Positions 27,193 through 40,445 of a stretch of 64,000 bases of DNA are shown in pieces (position 1 is the stretch's first letter; each line of letters opens with the position of its first letter). The position numbers and the translations under genes are program-made. This stretch comes from Octopus sinensis (lineage: Eukaryota): NCBI RefSeq assembly GCF_006345805.1, contig NW_021824845.1, positions 1,975 to 65,974 on the forward strand. Direction: 5' to 3'. The notes beneath the pieces were generated by a model. That model saw nothing but the letters and a program-made list of their open reading frames with translations. It did not search any database and was not told the origin of the DNA.

Positions 27193-29820
27193 CTAAATAA
27201 TGTATTGATTACCAATCTCCAGCCTGTTGTTAATTTGGGGCCCTAGTCTGTGTATGAATATAGCTTCCTTAATTCTTAAATTACCCAAATTTCTTTCATT
27301 GGCCTCAATTGTGACTGTTATGCTTTTGTCGGTGTTCCGGCATCTGTCTAGATGTTTTCAGAAGCTCTCGTGTTCATATGTTCTTTGATGCGGACGTGTA
27401 ACAGTCTTAATGTGCTATCCACATAGAATTTGTTGCATTTGTTACATTGTATTCTATACACAACATTTACCCGTTGGCATAAATCTGTGTCATGGATGGA
27501 ACAGTTTGTTAGTGTGTATTGATTGTTGTCCCTTGTTCGTTTCTTTGCGAGGTGTCCTCTCAGAGAGGAGCCGGAGAGGGCTAGTTGTATGTCTAGCCCT
27601 TCTCTTCTTATGGCTCTTCGGATGGATGTAGTTATCCTCTCGCTAAAATGGGGTATTTTAAGGAAGCATGTGTTGCTTGGTTTTCTATGTGTTCGGCGTG
27701 TTGGTTATCTTGGGTACTTAATCCGATTTACAATGGATCTAGGGTACCCGTTGGTTTTCAGTACATCTAGGAAGCGTGTAGCGTGGGTCACCTTGTCCTC
27801 CGTTCTACTGCACCTGGATGTGTGCAAGTTCCTTTCTGGCGTATCCTATTTTGGCCCCGAGTGGAAGGGCTGAACTGTACTGGACAAACATATTTCTACT
27901 GGCTTCTTTCCTGTAGAACTCGGTGTGGATCTCCCCTTCTTCCGGTATATTCAGTTTGAAGTCAAGTAGTGAAAGCGAGCCATTGTTGTCAGGATGTTCT
28001 ATAGTGAACTTTATGTTCAAGTCCATGTTATTGAAAGTCATGAATATTCTGTCAGCCTCTTCACGGGAGGATATGAGTATGAGGATGTCATCTACGTATC
28101 TGGTGAAGAAGGCGCATGAGCGGCAGATTTTGAGTGTTCGACGTTCCAATAGTTTATGTAAGTGATGGCTAGTAGGCCCGAGAGACTGGATCCCATGGGG
28201 AGACCTGTTGTCTGTTTGTATATATGGACCTGGAAAGAGAAGTAGGTGTTGTCCACGATGAGGGACAAAAGTTGATGTATATCAGCTGCGGTAAGTCCGA
28301 AGCATTCGATGTCGGACGCTATTATGCAGTCAGTCAATAGGTTGACCGCCGAGTGTGCTAGTTCCGTTGTGTACATTGAGACAACGTCAAGACTAAAGGC
28401 ATATCTGTTTTGCCTGGGTTGGTATAGGGGCAATTGGTGCAGTCTTTTGATGACTTCGGCGTTTTTGACGTGTCCAGGAAAGGTGGAGAGTATGGATTTC
28501 AGAATATGAGAAAGTTACCAGGATATTTTATATAGAGGTTCTTCCACGCTAGAGACGATGGGTCTAATCTGGATCGTGTTGCTATTCTTGTGTGTTTTAA
28601 TGAGGTGATAAAATCTGGGTAATCTACTGTTCTTTGTGATGAAGTTGTTCTTGAATTTATTATGTATTTGTCTCCGTCTACAGATGTCCGTCCATGCGGT
28701 GTTAATTCAGTCCTCAATTCTGGTCACAGTTATATCTGTCACTTCAGAATATAGTCTTCTGTCATTGCTTAAATGTTCTAGTGCCAGTCTATCATATATT
28801 TCACAAGAAATCACGCAGATTTCTTTTCCTTTATTTGGGGTTAAGTATATAAGTTTTTTTTGTTTTTAGTTTGGTCAGTGTTTTATGTTAAGTTTGGAGT
28901 TATTTTCGATTCCTTCCTTAAGATGTTGGAGATCGACTGCTTCAATCTGGATAGTTTGTGGTTGAGTTCTTGGTTAGTTGGGAGTGGGTGGAGTGAGTGA
29001 TCTAGTTGGTACGTGGGAAATTTGCCGAGTGTGTTGTTCTTCTTCTTCCTTATCACCGATAACCATTTGAGTTGGTAGACTGTTCGACAAAAGTTGGCTT
29101 CCAAGTCGAATAAGATTTTTTCATTCGGCTGTTGGCTCAAGATAAATTTAGGGCCCAGATTGAGAAGTTCTTCATGGGAGAGTGACCACTCAATCTGTGA
29201 CTAGGGATTTCGTTGCTGATGGTATGCTGGCGTCCTCGGTGTTAGTGTTATCTCGTTCGGTGGGGATGTCCTGTTCATTTGTGTCAGTGTAATAGGCCGA
29301 GTTGTGTCGCTATTTGGTACAAAGCCACTGGAATTTAAGTGTGAGACGTTTCTTCTCTTAGTCAACGTAGTGGTGGTAGCATCGGTCAATAGCTCCGATT
29401 GTTCTTCGGTATGTATGTTCAATGGCTAACGTGACGCTGCATATTATTTCAGAGAATTTGCCTATGTGCTCATGTAGTTGTTGGTGTAGATGGTGTATGA
29501 TTTCTCTGATGACGAACGTATGTATGAAAGTATTTCATTGATCGTCGAAGGGTAAGTTTGCGGAAACACGATGGTAGATGAATGTTCCTGTTGCTGTTGG
29601 TGTTGGGAATTATGTTGTTTTTTAGGCAGCGTTTAAGAAAGTTTATTTGGCATCCGATTTTAGCACGTTTCACAGATAGCTTGATCAACTCCCTAGCGGT
29701 TGCGAACTTGGCCTGGCTCAGGCGTAGAGATAGGAGAGTATTGTAGTTCGCTTGAAGCATTGTGTATTGTTTGTAAAGAATAACAAGTTTTGAATGGTAC
29801 AACAATGCACTATAATACAA
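27193..29820 (-). pseudogene. Penelope-like RT + GIY-YIG endonuclease ORF (frameshifted)
   Basis: Motifs in order: FLKRCLKNNIIP, LGPKFI, FSLDVVSMYT, GLPMGSSLSG, RYVDDI, LSLLD..FYRK, VVYRIQCNKCNKFYVDSTLRLLHVRIKEH, LRIKEAIFIHRLGPQIN. Confidence 0.92.
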
Positions 29821-29850
29821 ACAATGGACTATATACCTGTTGTAATTTAG

Positions 29851-29909
29851 TCATCCATAATCTGATGATATTTCGGAATAAAATTCGTTCTTCAGATATT
29901 CTTAGATGG
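29851..29909 (-). ncRNA. Minimal hammerhead motif in the 5' pLTR (helix II partly mutated)
   Basis: Reverse complement reads CTGAAGA-A-CGAATTTTATTCC-GAAATATC. Confidence 0.5.
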
Positions 29910-30287
29910 AGCCGCTGCTATAATCGGTTTTCTTTTTCTTTCTTTTTTTTTTTTTTTGAAGCGTCTCGGTATATATATGAATTTCGTGTGTAGTATATGA
30001 ATTCATAGCGCCTTCTGGTAATCGCAGAGGAGCTCCTCTAGCTGACCCGGCTACCATACTACACGTAGTTATCCAATACAGAGGAGTATAATGTGGAGTC
30101 TGTGCAATATACAACATGCATATTGGAGCAGATATGTAAAAGAGAAATTTATTATACATTAAAATTAATACATGATGGAAGTTACGAAACGGCTGTAATC
30201 CTAATCCTACAGGTATTAAGTGGTTAAATAAATATATTCATTTCTCATAACTTCTGACTTATATAAACATATGTATGTATGTATAGG

Positions 30288-30590
30288 AGGATGCATGGCT
30301 TAGTGGTTGGAGTGTTGAAATCATGATCTAGCGATTGAGAGTTCAATTCCTGCATCGGGTGGTGCATTGCGTTCTCGAGCAAAACACTTCATCGCAAGTT
30401 GCTCTGCGATTAAAACGATATCTGACGAGTGGCACACTGCGTACCTGTTGAGACAGCATCGATTTGATAGAGGAGAGAGTGAGCTAATGCGCGTCACGAA
30501 CATTTGATCCCTATAAACGAATCATTTGTGCAGGTCGTGTCGACAAAGGCTGAACGCTAATACGTCGTCTTCGACGGGAGAGTCCATCAT
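30288..30590 (+). mobile_element. tRNA-derived SINE
   Basis: ggaggatgcatggcttagtggttggag (A-box-like) followed by gagttcaattcc (B-box-like). Confidence 0.65.
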
Positions 30591-30738
30591 GTGTGAGTGT
30601 GTGTGAATGTATATATGCACGTATGTATCTATACAAAATATACAAAAACATGAATATATAACCATATATGCATATGCATATATCTATTTACATCTTCAGT
30701 ACACAAGTATATTTATGTATAATTATATAGAGAAAAAA

Positions 30739-30785
<47 letters not shown>

Positions 30786-30873
30786 TCTACATATATTTAT
30801 AAGTATGTGTGTGTATGTATTATACATATCTGACCATCAATCTAACCATCTTCATAATACTGTATATATATTC

Positions 30874-30905
<32 letters not shown>

Positions 30906-30958
30906 TATACACTACATCCTCGCATTGTTGTTTTTTTCTGCTTATTCTCGTTTGGATT

Positions 30959-30989
<31 letters not shown>

Positions 30990-31064
30990 ATGTAGGATAA
31001 AATTTTTTCGAAAATAAATTTTATCAATGGCCAGCATATTAAAAAATACCTTTAAAGGTTAAAT

Positions 31065-31339
31065 TATAAACAACTTATAAATAAGGGCAAACGAAAAAAT
31101 TTCTAATGCCAATATGCCGAAAATTGGACATATTGTCCATTTACCATATAATTTTTTTCTCAGTACGCTCGCTACTCGAAAAAAGGTCGACAGAAATTTT
31201 TTTAGAGATTTCTGTCGACCTTTTTTCGAGTAGCGTGCGTAGTGGGAAAAAAATTACATGGTAAATGGACAATATGTCCATTTTCGGCATATTTGGCATT
31301 AGAAATTTTTCGTTTACCCTTATTTATAAGTTGTTTATA
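31065..31339. repeat. Near-perfect palindrome (~132-bp arms, ~10-nt loop)
   Basis: tataaacaacttataaataaggg...gacagaaat / atttctgtc...cccttatttataagttgtttata. Confidence 0.95.
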
Positions 31340-31454
31340 TATATATATATATCAATATAAAGGGTGAATTAATTAATTTAGAAATAATCATTAAATTCAC
31401 CAAGTAGAGTTCGGCATGTAAAAGACCGATTCAAAAGGTTTTAGTAATACTAAG

Positions 31455-31810
31455 TAATTAAGGTGTTTAGCAACGATTTGCCTCACCACACACCGAATTT
31501 AGAAATAGCAGTCAAAAGTTTTGACTATTCTTTCTATTTCTACTTAAAAGGGAGATCCCAGTAAAAACCAAGCACTTAAAAAGCAAACGACGCAGGTAAA
31601 AGAGAAAGAAATGACGACAATCATTCTATTTAAGTTCATTATATAGAATGATTGTCGTCATTCTTTCTCTTTTACCTGCGTCGTTTGCTTTTTAAGTGCT
31701 TTGGTTTTACTGGGATCTCCCTTTTAAGTAGAAAGAATAGTCAAAACTTTTTGACTGCTATTTCTAAATTCGGTGTGTGGTGAGGCAAATCGTTGCTAAA
31801 CCCTTAATTA
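31455..31810. repeat. Near-perfect palindrome (~170-bp arms, ~13-nt loop)
   Basis: taattaagg..tttagcaacgatttgcc...tcattctat / atagaatga...ggcaaatcgttgctaaa.ccttaatta. Confidence 0.95.
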
Positions 31811-31829
31811 TATATATATAACTTACAAT

Positions 31830-32290
31830 AACTTAGAAAGGTCTTCGCCAATATTGGCCCAGGTTATGTCTAACTTAATAGCACCACCTGGCGAAGTCTT
31901 TCAATTCAGGATTTGGGCACCAAGGCCCATTCGAGCAGAGAGTTATTGTTTGCGGAGACATATCCAGGTGTGGGTAGTTTGTCCGGGACTCTTTGAAGGA
32001 ATTTGTCCAAAGACGTCTTGAATTTTGTGTGGTCAGTTTCTGTTTTGACGTTGAAGAGAGCGGGTCCAATTGAGGTGAAATAACTGTGCCGTATTGTTGT
32101 TATGAGATGCAATATAGATTTTTGTTGTGGACGGATGGCACGGGGTCCAAGCATTGGGTGTATTTTGAAGGTGATGCCAACATCATTTGGAATATTTTCC
32201 ACATCATACAGAAAATATAGCGTTCACGGCGTCGTTGGAGTGAATACAGTTTCAGCTTTACCAGTCGACCCCAGTAGTCGAGGTCTGACA
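31830..32290 (-). mobile_element. CR1-like LINE 3' fragment
   Basis: YWGRLVKLKLYSLQRRRERY..WKIF and IGPALFN..FKTSLDKFLQRVPDKLPTPGY, followed by a 3' tail shared with 53020-53100. Confidence 0.85.
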
Positions 32291-32536
32291 TGCCATCTAT
32301 CTTTTGTATTTATTTATAGCACTGTACCACCCATATACAAATATATATTTTATATATATATATACATACTTACATACACACACACGTACGTACATACATA
32401 CACACACATATCCATACATATACATACATGTCCATACATACAAACATATACATACATACATATCCATACATACATACATATCCATACATACATACATATT
32501 CATACATACATACATATTCATACATACATACATACA

Positions 32537-32567
<31 letters not shown>

Positions 32568-33325
32568 CCATCCATCTATCCATCCATACATCCATCCATA
32601 CATACCCCTACGAAGCAAAACACTTTCCACTTATCTCAAACACGTAATTATTTTCTTTTCTGCAATCGGAAGCAATTTAACCGGAAATAAACACACAAAA
32701 TACATCGCTATTTCAGTGACAGTGATGAGTAAATATTGAACAGTGTTGTTGTTGTCGTCGATGATGTTGTTGATGGTGATGGTGATGGTCTTGCAGCTAT
32801 ATTGTTGTTGATGTTATTGCTATCGTTGTTGTTGCTGCTGCTACCATTGGCCTGAGCCAAACAGTTCTTCGACTGTTGTCAGACGTATAGGAAATGGCGA
32901 TGTCTTCTTATCTTGTTAGACATCTGCTCCTCCGTAAGCAACAAACAAACAACGGCACACATAGAAATAAATACAAATATATTGCTCCATGTCTACGAGG
33001 ATGTGTGCATGAATAATATATGTGTGTCTGTCTGCCTCTCTGTGTGTGAGTGTGTGTATGTAACTCAGCGAGTTGCATGTGAATATCTAATGTACGTATA
33101 TATATATATGTGTGTGCATGTGTGAGCACATATATATATATATAAATGAATGCATGTATAATTAAGTGTGTGTATATATATATATATTTATAATGTATAT
33201 GCATTTATATATATGTATATACATTCATATATTTATATGTATATATGTACATATACATGCATATTTAAATATCTATACATATATAATAATAGTGTGTGTG
33301 TGTGGTGTGTGTGTGTGTGTGTGTG

Positions 33326-33359
<34 letters not shown>

Positions 33360-33361
<2 letters not shown>

Positions 33362-34335
33362 CTCTGAATGCTGTTCCCCAAAGAAGTATCTTGGAGCTAT
33401 TACTGTTTATAGCAGCTGTCTTAGACATGCCGATGCTCACTCGAACAGCTACTGTCACTGGTTCTGTTGATAATACAAAATTATCACAGACAATATCGTA
33501 CCCCGACGATGTCTGAAGCTTTCAGTAGCATTTAAATAAAATGTAAAAGTGGAGTGAAGAAAACAACATGCAGTTTAATGCTTGAAAATTTCAAACACTG
33601 CACTATCAGCTTCCAAATGCACGGCAACCTGCGTGCACAGGACCCGAAGGCACTGCAATATGAGTCGTAGACAATGAGAAACTTGGCGGTCAGTTTGCGT
33701 AATGATGCATTGTTTCATATGCACATTACTAAGATGTACAACAATGTGCAGACAACTGGCAGGATTGATACTAAGGTCCTTCAAAACAAGAGACCAAGTA
33801 GCTATGTTGACCCTGTGTTCTGAGCTGTCTAGATTACTGCTCTCAGTTATGGCCACCACATAGAGCCAAACTAACTGCGGTGCTTGATGCAGTCCAACGT
33901 CATTGCATTAAAACGATTATAACAGTGCAGTCGACGAACTACAGGGAGGGAACACAGAACACTACGACTTTAATCTCAGTTAGAAAGACGCAGATAGATA
34001 TGTAAAAATGCAAATACGGAAAAATTCTGGAAGTTCATTATCTAATATTGGCATCGAGTGTTATGCTGGACGCCACTGCATTGTACTAAAAGTACCATCC
34101 ACCCATTCTGAAGTCATGACCATATTCTGCAATAGCTTAAGATTCAAAAGCCCACAGCTTTTCAATGCTCTGCCAAAGAAATTAAGACACCTACACAATG
34201 CAGACATAGGTATCTTTAAAAAAGAAATGGACCTTCTCCTAACCACGATACCAGAGCAACCAACGGCCCGGTATGAAGCACAGATGAGGGTAGCAGTATC
34301 GAACTCGCCCCTACACAAAATGGGTCAACAATCAA
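33360..34335 (+). mobile_element. Degenerate CR1-like LINE RT and 3' region
   Basis: VPQRSILELLLF..DNTKLSQ, DYCSQLW, SPQLFNALPKKLR..FKKEMDLLLTTIPEQP. Confidence 0.8.
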
Positions 34336-34575
34336 GAGAGAAAACACATGCATGAGGGGTGGCATAAAATCCCACTACCCAGAAGAAATCAGCTTCAGAG
34401 CAATAATCTATAAAAGTACAAAATCAGGATGGTGCTCCAGCATGGCTACAGTCGAATGTCTCAAACGAAGAACAGGATAAAAGTATACACAACACATATA
34501 TGTATGTATGTTTGTGTGAGTGTGTAATATATGCATATACGTATTTGTACCTATATATACATATACATACACACA

Positions 34576-34630
<55 letters not shown>

Positions 34631-36646
34631 CATACATACATAATTATGCACGAGGACAGTGTTTTAGCTCAGAGCTGGTTTGGATTCTTGCGTAATCCAA
34701 AGAAATAAAAAGATGTCTAAAATTAAGTATGTATATACACGCAGCTATATACGTTACTGTGTGTGAGTGAATGAGTACAAGTGTGTGTGTGTATATATGT
34801 GTTTGTAAGTAGATAAAAAGCAAACTGCAAAGATAAAATCTAGAGTATATATATATATTTACGGTAATACATATTGTGATATCTAAACATATCTTTAAAT
34901 AGAGATATATTCTTTATGAAATTGTTCTAGAAATATGTTCTGATATGGTTGCGGATATACTGCCTCTACAAAACTATGTTGGTGAACTCATCGAATAAAC
35001 GCTTTGTTCGTTTTTTATATTAGTCTAAGTTCTCACAGCAACATTTTAGTCTTATAGTCAGGACAGAAGGCGATGCCTTTCGCGTTTTAATTGCCTTCAA
35101 CATGGGTAGGAGGGTTGGAGAATGATATGCTCAAATTAATGACCTCGTCTAAATGCATGTATAAGAGTGGACTCTGATAAAACTAGCTAAGACCTTTTAT
35201 TAGTATTAAACCGAACGACATAGTAAGTTTACTATATAGAGCAATGGGCTTTTTTTCACCTATGGACCCTCTTGTTTCACATGGCCCCTCATAACTATTC
35301 GGTGTTTTAAAGCTCTGATGACATCGTTATAATTAAATATTATTAAGGAATTGAATTTTTTAAAATGTTGAAATACTTTGCTTATTTTGGGTGTAAAGCC
35401 AATATATTGCTCATAAAGTTTAACCACAATATCTTATATGGACCCACAAGGGTTGTCTGTGTTCCCGTTGGGAATCGCTGATGTAGAGTATGGTAGGAAT
35501 TGAACTCAGAACGTAAACAACCGGAAGAAGTATCGCAAATCCTCTAGTCTGAGGTTCGTATTTCAGCATACCACCTTCACCTCAGTCCTCCAGAATTAGG
35601 GCTTTTTTTTATAATATATCATAAAATGATTAAATGCAAAGTTGACCGCGGCAAAATTTTAATCTAGAATGGGAGTCATTCTTTTCGACGCTTTACCGAC
35701 ACTTTGACCAAGGGTCACCGAACCGCGTCTGCCGGCCCAACCTAGTCACTTGTCCCATTTCAGGTAACCACTCGATTTCAATTGCACACAACATTTATTT
35801 TCCTAGTCAATCTTTCCATATCAAACGCCACATAAATCACTTCAAATGAATCAACGTCGTTTTATTGATACATATTACAAAGGTCACTTGTTATTTCTGC
35901 AGATATTCCATAGAAATTAAAGCCAGCTCTGATTTTTGTTACGGCGTTTCGTGTTTGAAACAAAAGTCAGTCGTAACAACAATAAGTACTGGCCATAATT
36001 TCTATAGAAAATCTGTAGAGATAACCTTAACAAATAATATAAATCGCACTGCTAACACAGTAGAATACGGTATTAACTTCTAAAATGGTTTAATATACTT
36101 AATAATATACTATTGCTGCATAACGAAATACCGCGCCCCAACAAGTCATTAAAATAGAAAGATTTCTTCTTTTGGTAAAAACAAAATATTGAACCAGGTA
36201 CATTTTAAACAGTAAACGGATTCTCCTGCAAAATCGATTGGAGCAGCTAATTCTAACAGCTGTCTCGGTCGAGTTTGTAAGAACTATAGATTCCAGAACA
36301 GACGATGACAAAAATCATAATCAAAACATGCAAAAAATGCTTATCTGCCCAGAGGTTCTCTCGTTGTCCCAGATATAAGAAATGTGGCGATATAAAGCAA
36401 TAATATGCAACTCTAAAGCGGAGGGCTGGCAGAAACGTTAACACGCCGGGCGAAATGTTTAGGAAAACACTTGTCGAAAATAAACAATATAATTAAATTC
36501 TAGTATACACTAAACGGTATATATATGTGCGTGTGTATGTGTGCATGGTTATGTGTTTGTGTGTGTGTAGTTGTGTATGTGCACGTGTGTGTGTATTTGT
36601 GTATGTGCACATGCGTGTGTTTATATATATATATATATGTGTGTGT

Positions 36647-36686
<40 letters not shown>

Positions 36687-36714
36687 TATATATAATATAT
36701 ATATACATATACAT

Positions 36715-36748
<34 letters not shown>

Positions 36749-36813
36749 ATATACATACTACATGTCTATAATGCCGTCAAAAGCTTGTTTATACACGAAT
36801 TATTTATTTATAC

Positions 36814-37494
36814 GCTTGTTTATACGCGAATTATTAGAAAGGATCACAAAAGTACCGCTCCCAAAATTACTGCAGAGCTTAAAGACACCCTCGAGAACCC
36901 AGTTTCCACAAAAACTGTTCGCCGGGAGCTGCACTAAGCCGGATTTCAAGGGAGGGCTGCAATCAGAAAACCACTACTTTCAAAAACAAATGTTGCAAAG
37001 CATTTAGAATGCAGTAAAAACCTACAGAATTGGTCCCTAGAACAGTGGAAGAATGTTACTTTCTCGGACGAGTCATCCTTTACATTATTGCCGACCACCA
37101 GCCGAGTATACGTATGGAGACAGTCAAAAGAAACAATTAACCCACACTGCCTTCTTCCAACTGTTAAACATGGAGGAGGATCAGTTGTTACTGAATGGCA
37201 CGAGGAACATTCTAGTGGCCACCACCACAGTCGCCAGATCTCAATATTATTGAACATTTATGGTTCATTTTAGAAAAACAAGTAAGGAATTGATATATTC
37301 CACCATCATCACTACAAGAACTGGAGACTGTTTTAGCTGAAGAATGGATAAAAATTCATTTGGAAACAATTCAAACTTTATACGAGTCCATACATTGTAG
37401 AAGTCAAGCTGTAATTACTGCCAAAGGCGGTCGTACCCCATATTAAAATAAATTTGAAATTTTAAGGTGTTCCCATTGTTTTGTGCAACCCCGG
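36814..37494 (+). mobile_element. Tc1-like transposase fragment with right TIR
   Basis: RIIRKDHKSTAPKITAEL..VSTKTVRRELH, RKPLLS, WKNVTFSDES, PTVKHGGGSV. Ends ..ttttgtgcaaccccgg followed by TA. Confidence 0.88.
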
Positions 37495-38289
37495 TATATA
37501 TAAAAATAATGGGAAATAGAGACAAACGCTCAAGATGTTATTTAAATCCTTTATATCATCAGTTATATGACCGATATATGTTTCGATAGATGCATTGTAA
37601 TAAATCCGATATTTTTAACTATAAAAAATAGTTTAAAATATCTGTTGGCCAAAAGTTCTAGATCTTACACAGTACTACATTAACATGTTTCTAGATCTCT
37701 TTTTTTCCTATTTCACAATCTTGCTATGAATATCCGATCAACTTTATGATACACAGGCTCTCTGTAGTTTTATTCTAATATTCTTTTGTTAATACCGTTT
37801 TTTGATGTTTTATCAATTTTTTCCACTGAGGAGAATGGTAATACCTAATTAAATTAATCTAATTTAATTACTATTTTAATTATTATTATAATTAATTTAA
37901 TCTTTTCCATGTTTTCTTACATTTTAGTATTATCATTCCAAACGATCGTTTGGATTAAACATTTTTATAAACTTTTAACATCTTCTCTTCTCCATTTTAT
38001 AAACTGTTACTTCAGTTTATATATGATTTTATCCTATAATACTCATAGGACATGTTTAATTGTAACATATATATATAGAGAGAGAGAAAACAAAGATGAA
38101 TAGGCAACGCTAGAACTTTTAAAAGAAATTTGGCGTCATAGGACGAGAGAAGAAGTGAAGGAAGAGAGAAAGAGAATTAAAGCAGTAATGGAGGTATAAA
38201 CAAATAGAAAGTGAATGACAGGTAGTAATGATGAAGGAAAGAATAGGAGGTATGAGATGAAAGAAAAAGTTTAAGTTGCAGATATTATT

Positions 38290-38575
38290 AGGTAATGGGG
38301 CAAATATTATTTGAAATACCTGAAAGAGTGTTTTTTTCCAATTTAATCACCTGTAAAAAAAGGTTCTTTTTAATTGTTGACCAATGTGTGTTTGGAAAAA
38401 AAGATAAATAAGTGCTCGTCCGTACAAAGAGAGCAGAAAGATTTCCCTTTATCATAGGGAAACGATCTTGACAAAATTTTCCAATCCAAAGAAAATTGCT
38501 TATTGCAGTTTTTGGCATCTCGATTATTCTTATATTCTACAAAATAGGTCTCACTCCTTCTCGGAATTAACACCC
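38290..38575 (-). mobile_element. Penelope-like endonuclease C-terminal fragment
   Basis: LDWKILSRSFPYDKGKSFCSLCTDEHLFI resembles the W.I...A.PY....C.LC..EK C-terminus of some PLE GIY-YIG domains. Confidence 0.6.
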
Positions 38576-38667
38576 ACGCAAGTGTGATTACTAATTCCTA
38601 GGACAATTACGTGACATTTGGCCACCTTGCAATTGCTACTCTGGATCTTTCCTTGTACAGTGAACAC

Positions 38668-38698
<31 letters not shown>

Positions 38699-39355
38699 CA
38701 TACATACATACATACATACATACATACATACATACACACACACATATATATAGTATATACTATACAAGCTCGTTCGACTACTATACAGTTAGATCATGAA
38801 ACAGGGTGGCTCAAATTTAAATCCTCTGTGTTTTAAATTATGTATATTTCTATAACGTATATATGTATGTGTTCATGTATATATCTGCATATGTATGTGC
38901 ATGTATGTGAATGTATGTAAGAACGCATGCTTTCTTTGTTGTGCCCTCAACGCTTGATGGAGTCCTTAAGGTTCCGTCATACATTGATCTTTGCAGACCA
39001 AGCGAAATCCCTCCGCTTCTCAGCCTGAACATTGCCGGTGTATAAGTCAGGTTGAAAGAAAGACAACAGAAGTTTCGAAGCCGGATTTTGTATTCGTTTA
39101 TTATTTGTCTAAACCCAAAGACTGAAAACTAAATTGTACACCGACAGGGATTGAACTTAGAACGTACAAAGCCGGAACTAATGCGACAAGGTTGTCCATC
39201 CGGTACTTTAACTCACTCTCCACGCGCATAGACACTCACACACAAGCATGCATGCACTGCTATCTATACAATACATATTTGACATTCATAAATATGTATA
39301 TAATATACATAATTCCATGTATACACACAGACACACACACAAACACACAAACACA

Positions 39356-39393
<38 letters not shown>

Positions 39394-40257
39394 CATATAT
39401 ACAATTGAAAATTTATATATAAATGCGCATGAAAATATTAATACACGCACACTCGTATGTATGTATGTATGTATGTATGTATGTGAAGAGAGATACACAG
39501 AAAAAGAGAGAGAGGGGGCATCGATAAATATACGCAATGTAAGCCTATATAAATGACTGCCGAACAGAAGAAAAGTTTAAAGGTTAGGCGCGTTTCTACT
39601 CCACCTACTTCCGGTAAGAAAGAGACGAAGATGTTCGGAATATAGAAAGGTTACAGGTCAGCTAATTGTAGCTATTGTGTAGGCAAAAGGAACGTCTAAC
39701 TGTTAACGAACCTTCACAGAAACTTCAGAGATTTTTCTCAACATATTTCCGAAAATTCTACATATTTTTCTTCATATGCTAGGAATATCTTTCACTGGAA
39801 AACTACATCACCCAAAATTTTTTCTTATTATTATTATTATGAATATGATTATGACTACTACTACTACTACTACACTACTATTATTATTATTATAATTATT
39901 ATCATTGTCATCATCATCATCATCGTCTTCATTGCTGTTATGATTAGTAAAACAGTATTTTTCTCTCTATTTTGCTATCGCTCGTTTGCATTTTGTTTTT
40001 CATAATGATCAAAAGCGAATGAACTACTCATAGTCATACGGTCATGAAATAAGGCAGATACACACGCGCGCGCACACATATGTAGATCCACATACGAGAG
40101 CACGCATACTCGCGTGAGCATATACAAATATGCATATATGTATAAAGGTATATATTATATATATATATAATAAATCTATGCACCCACATAAATATATATA
40201 TGTATATATAATATATATATATATATATATTATATAAGTAAATCTATGCACACACAC

Positions 40258-40299
<42 letters not shown>

Positions 40300-40403
40300 A
40301 AGTAAATCTATGCACACACACACACATAGATCTATATATATATTATATATATATAATAAGTAAATCTATCACAAACACACATATATAATATATATTATGT
40401 AAA

Positions 40404-40445
<42 letters not shown>

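Larger units (their letters stand above)
26796..30025 (-). mobile_element. Penelope-like retroelement: pLTR-ORF-pLTR
   Basis: Direct repeats at 26796-~27005 and 29785-~30025 flank a degenerate RT plus GIY-YIG ORF. Confidence 0.9.

Noticed and set aside
30165-30200. CATGATGG..GAAACGGCTGTA
   Set aside because: The core is mutated and one helix II strand is missing. At best it is a decayed motif.
33575-33859. Minus-strand ORF suggesting an inversion inside the CR1
   Set aside because: The plus strand reads continuously as CR1 (RSFKTRDQ..DYCSQLW), so the ORF is antisense noise.
35830-36400. Hydrophobic minus-strand peptides suggesting a GPCR pseudogene
   Set aside because: Spacing is inconsistent with TM3/TM4, there are many stops, and there is no DRY or NPxxY motif.
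37545-37600. Minus-strand GAAACATATATCGGTC followed by CTGATGA
   Set aside because: Helix I and helix II cannot form in this order.
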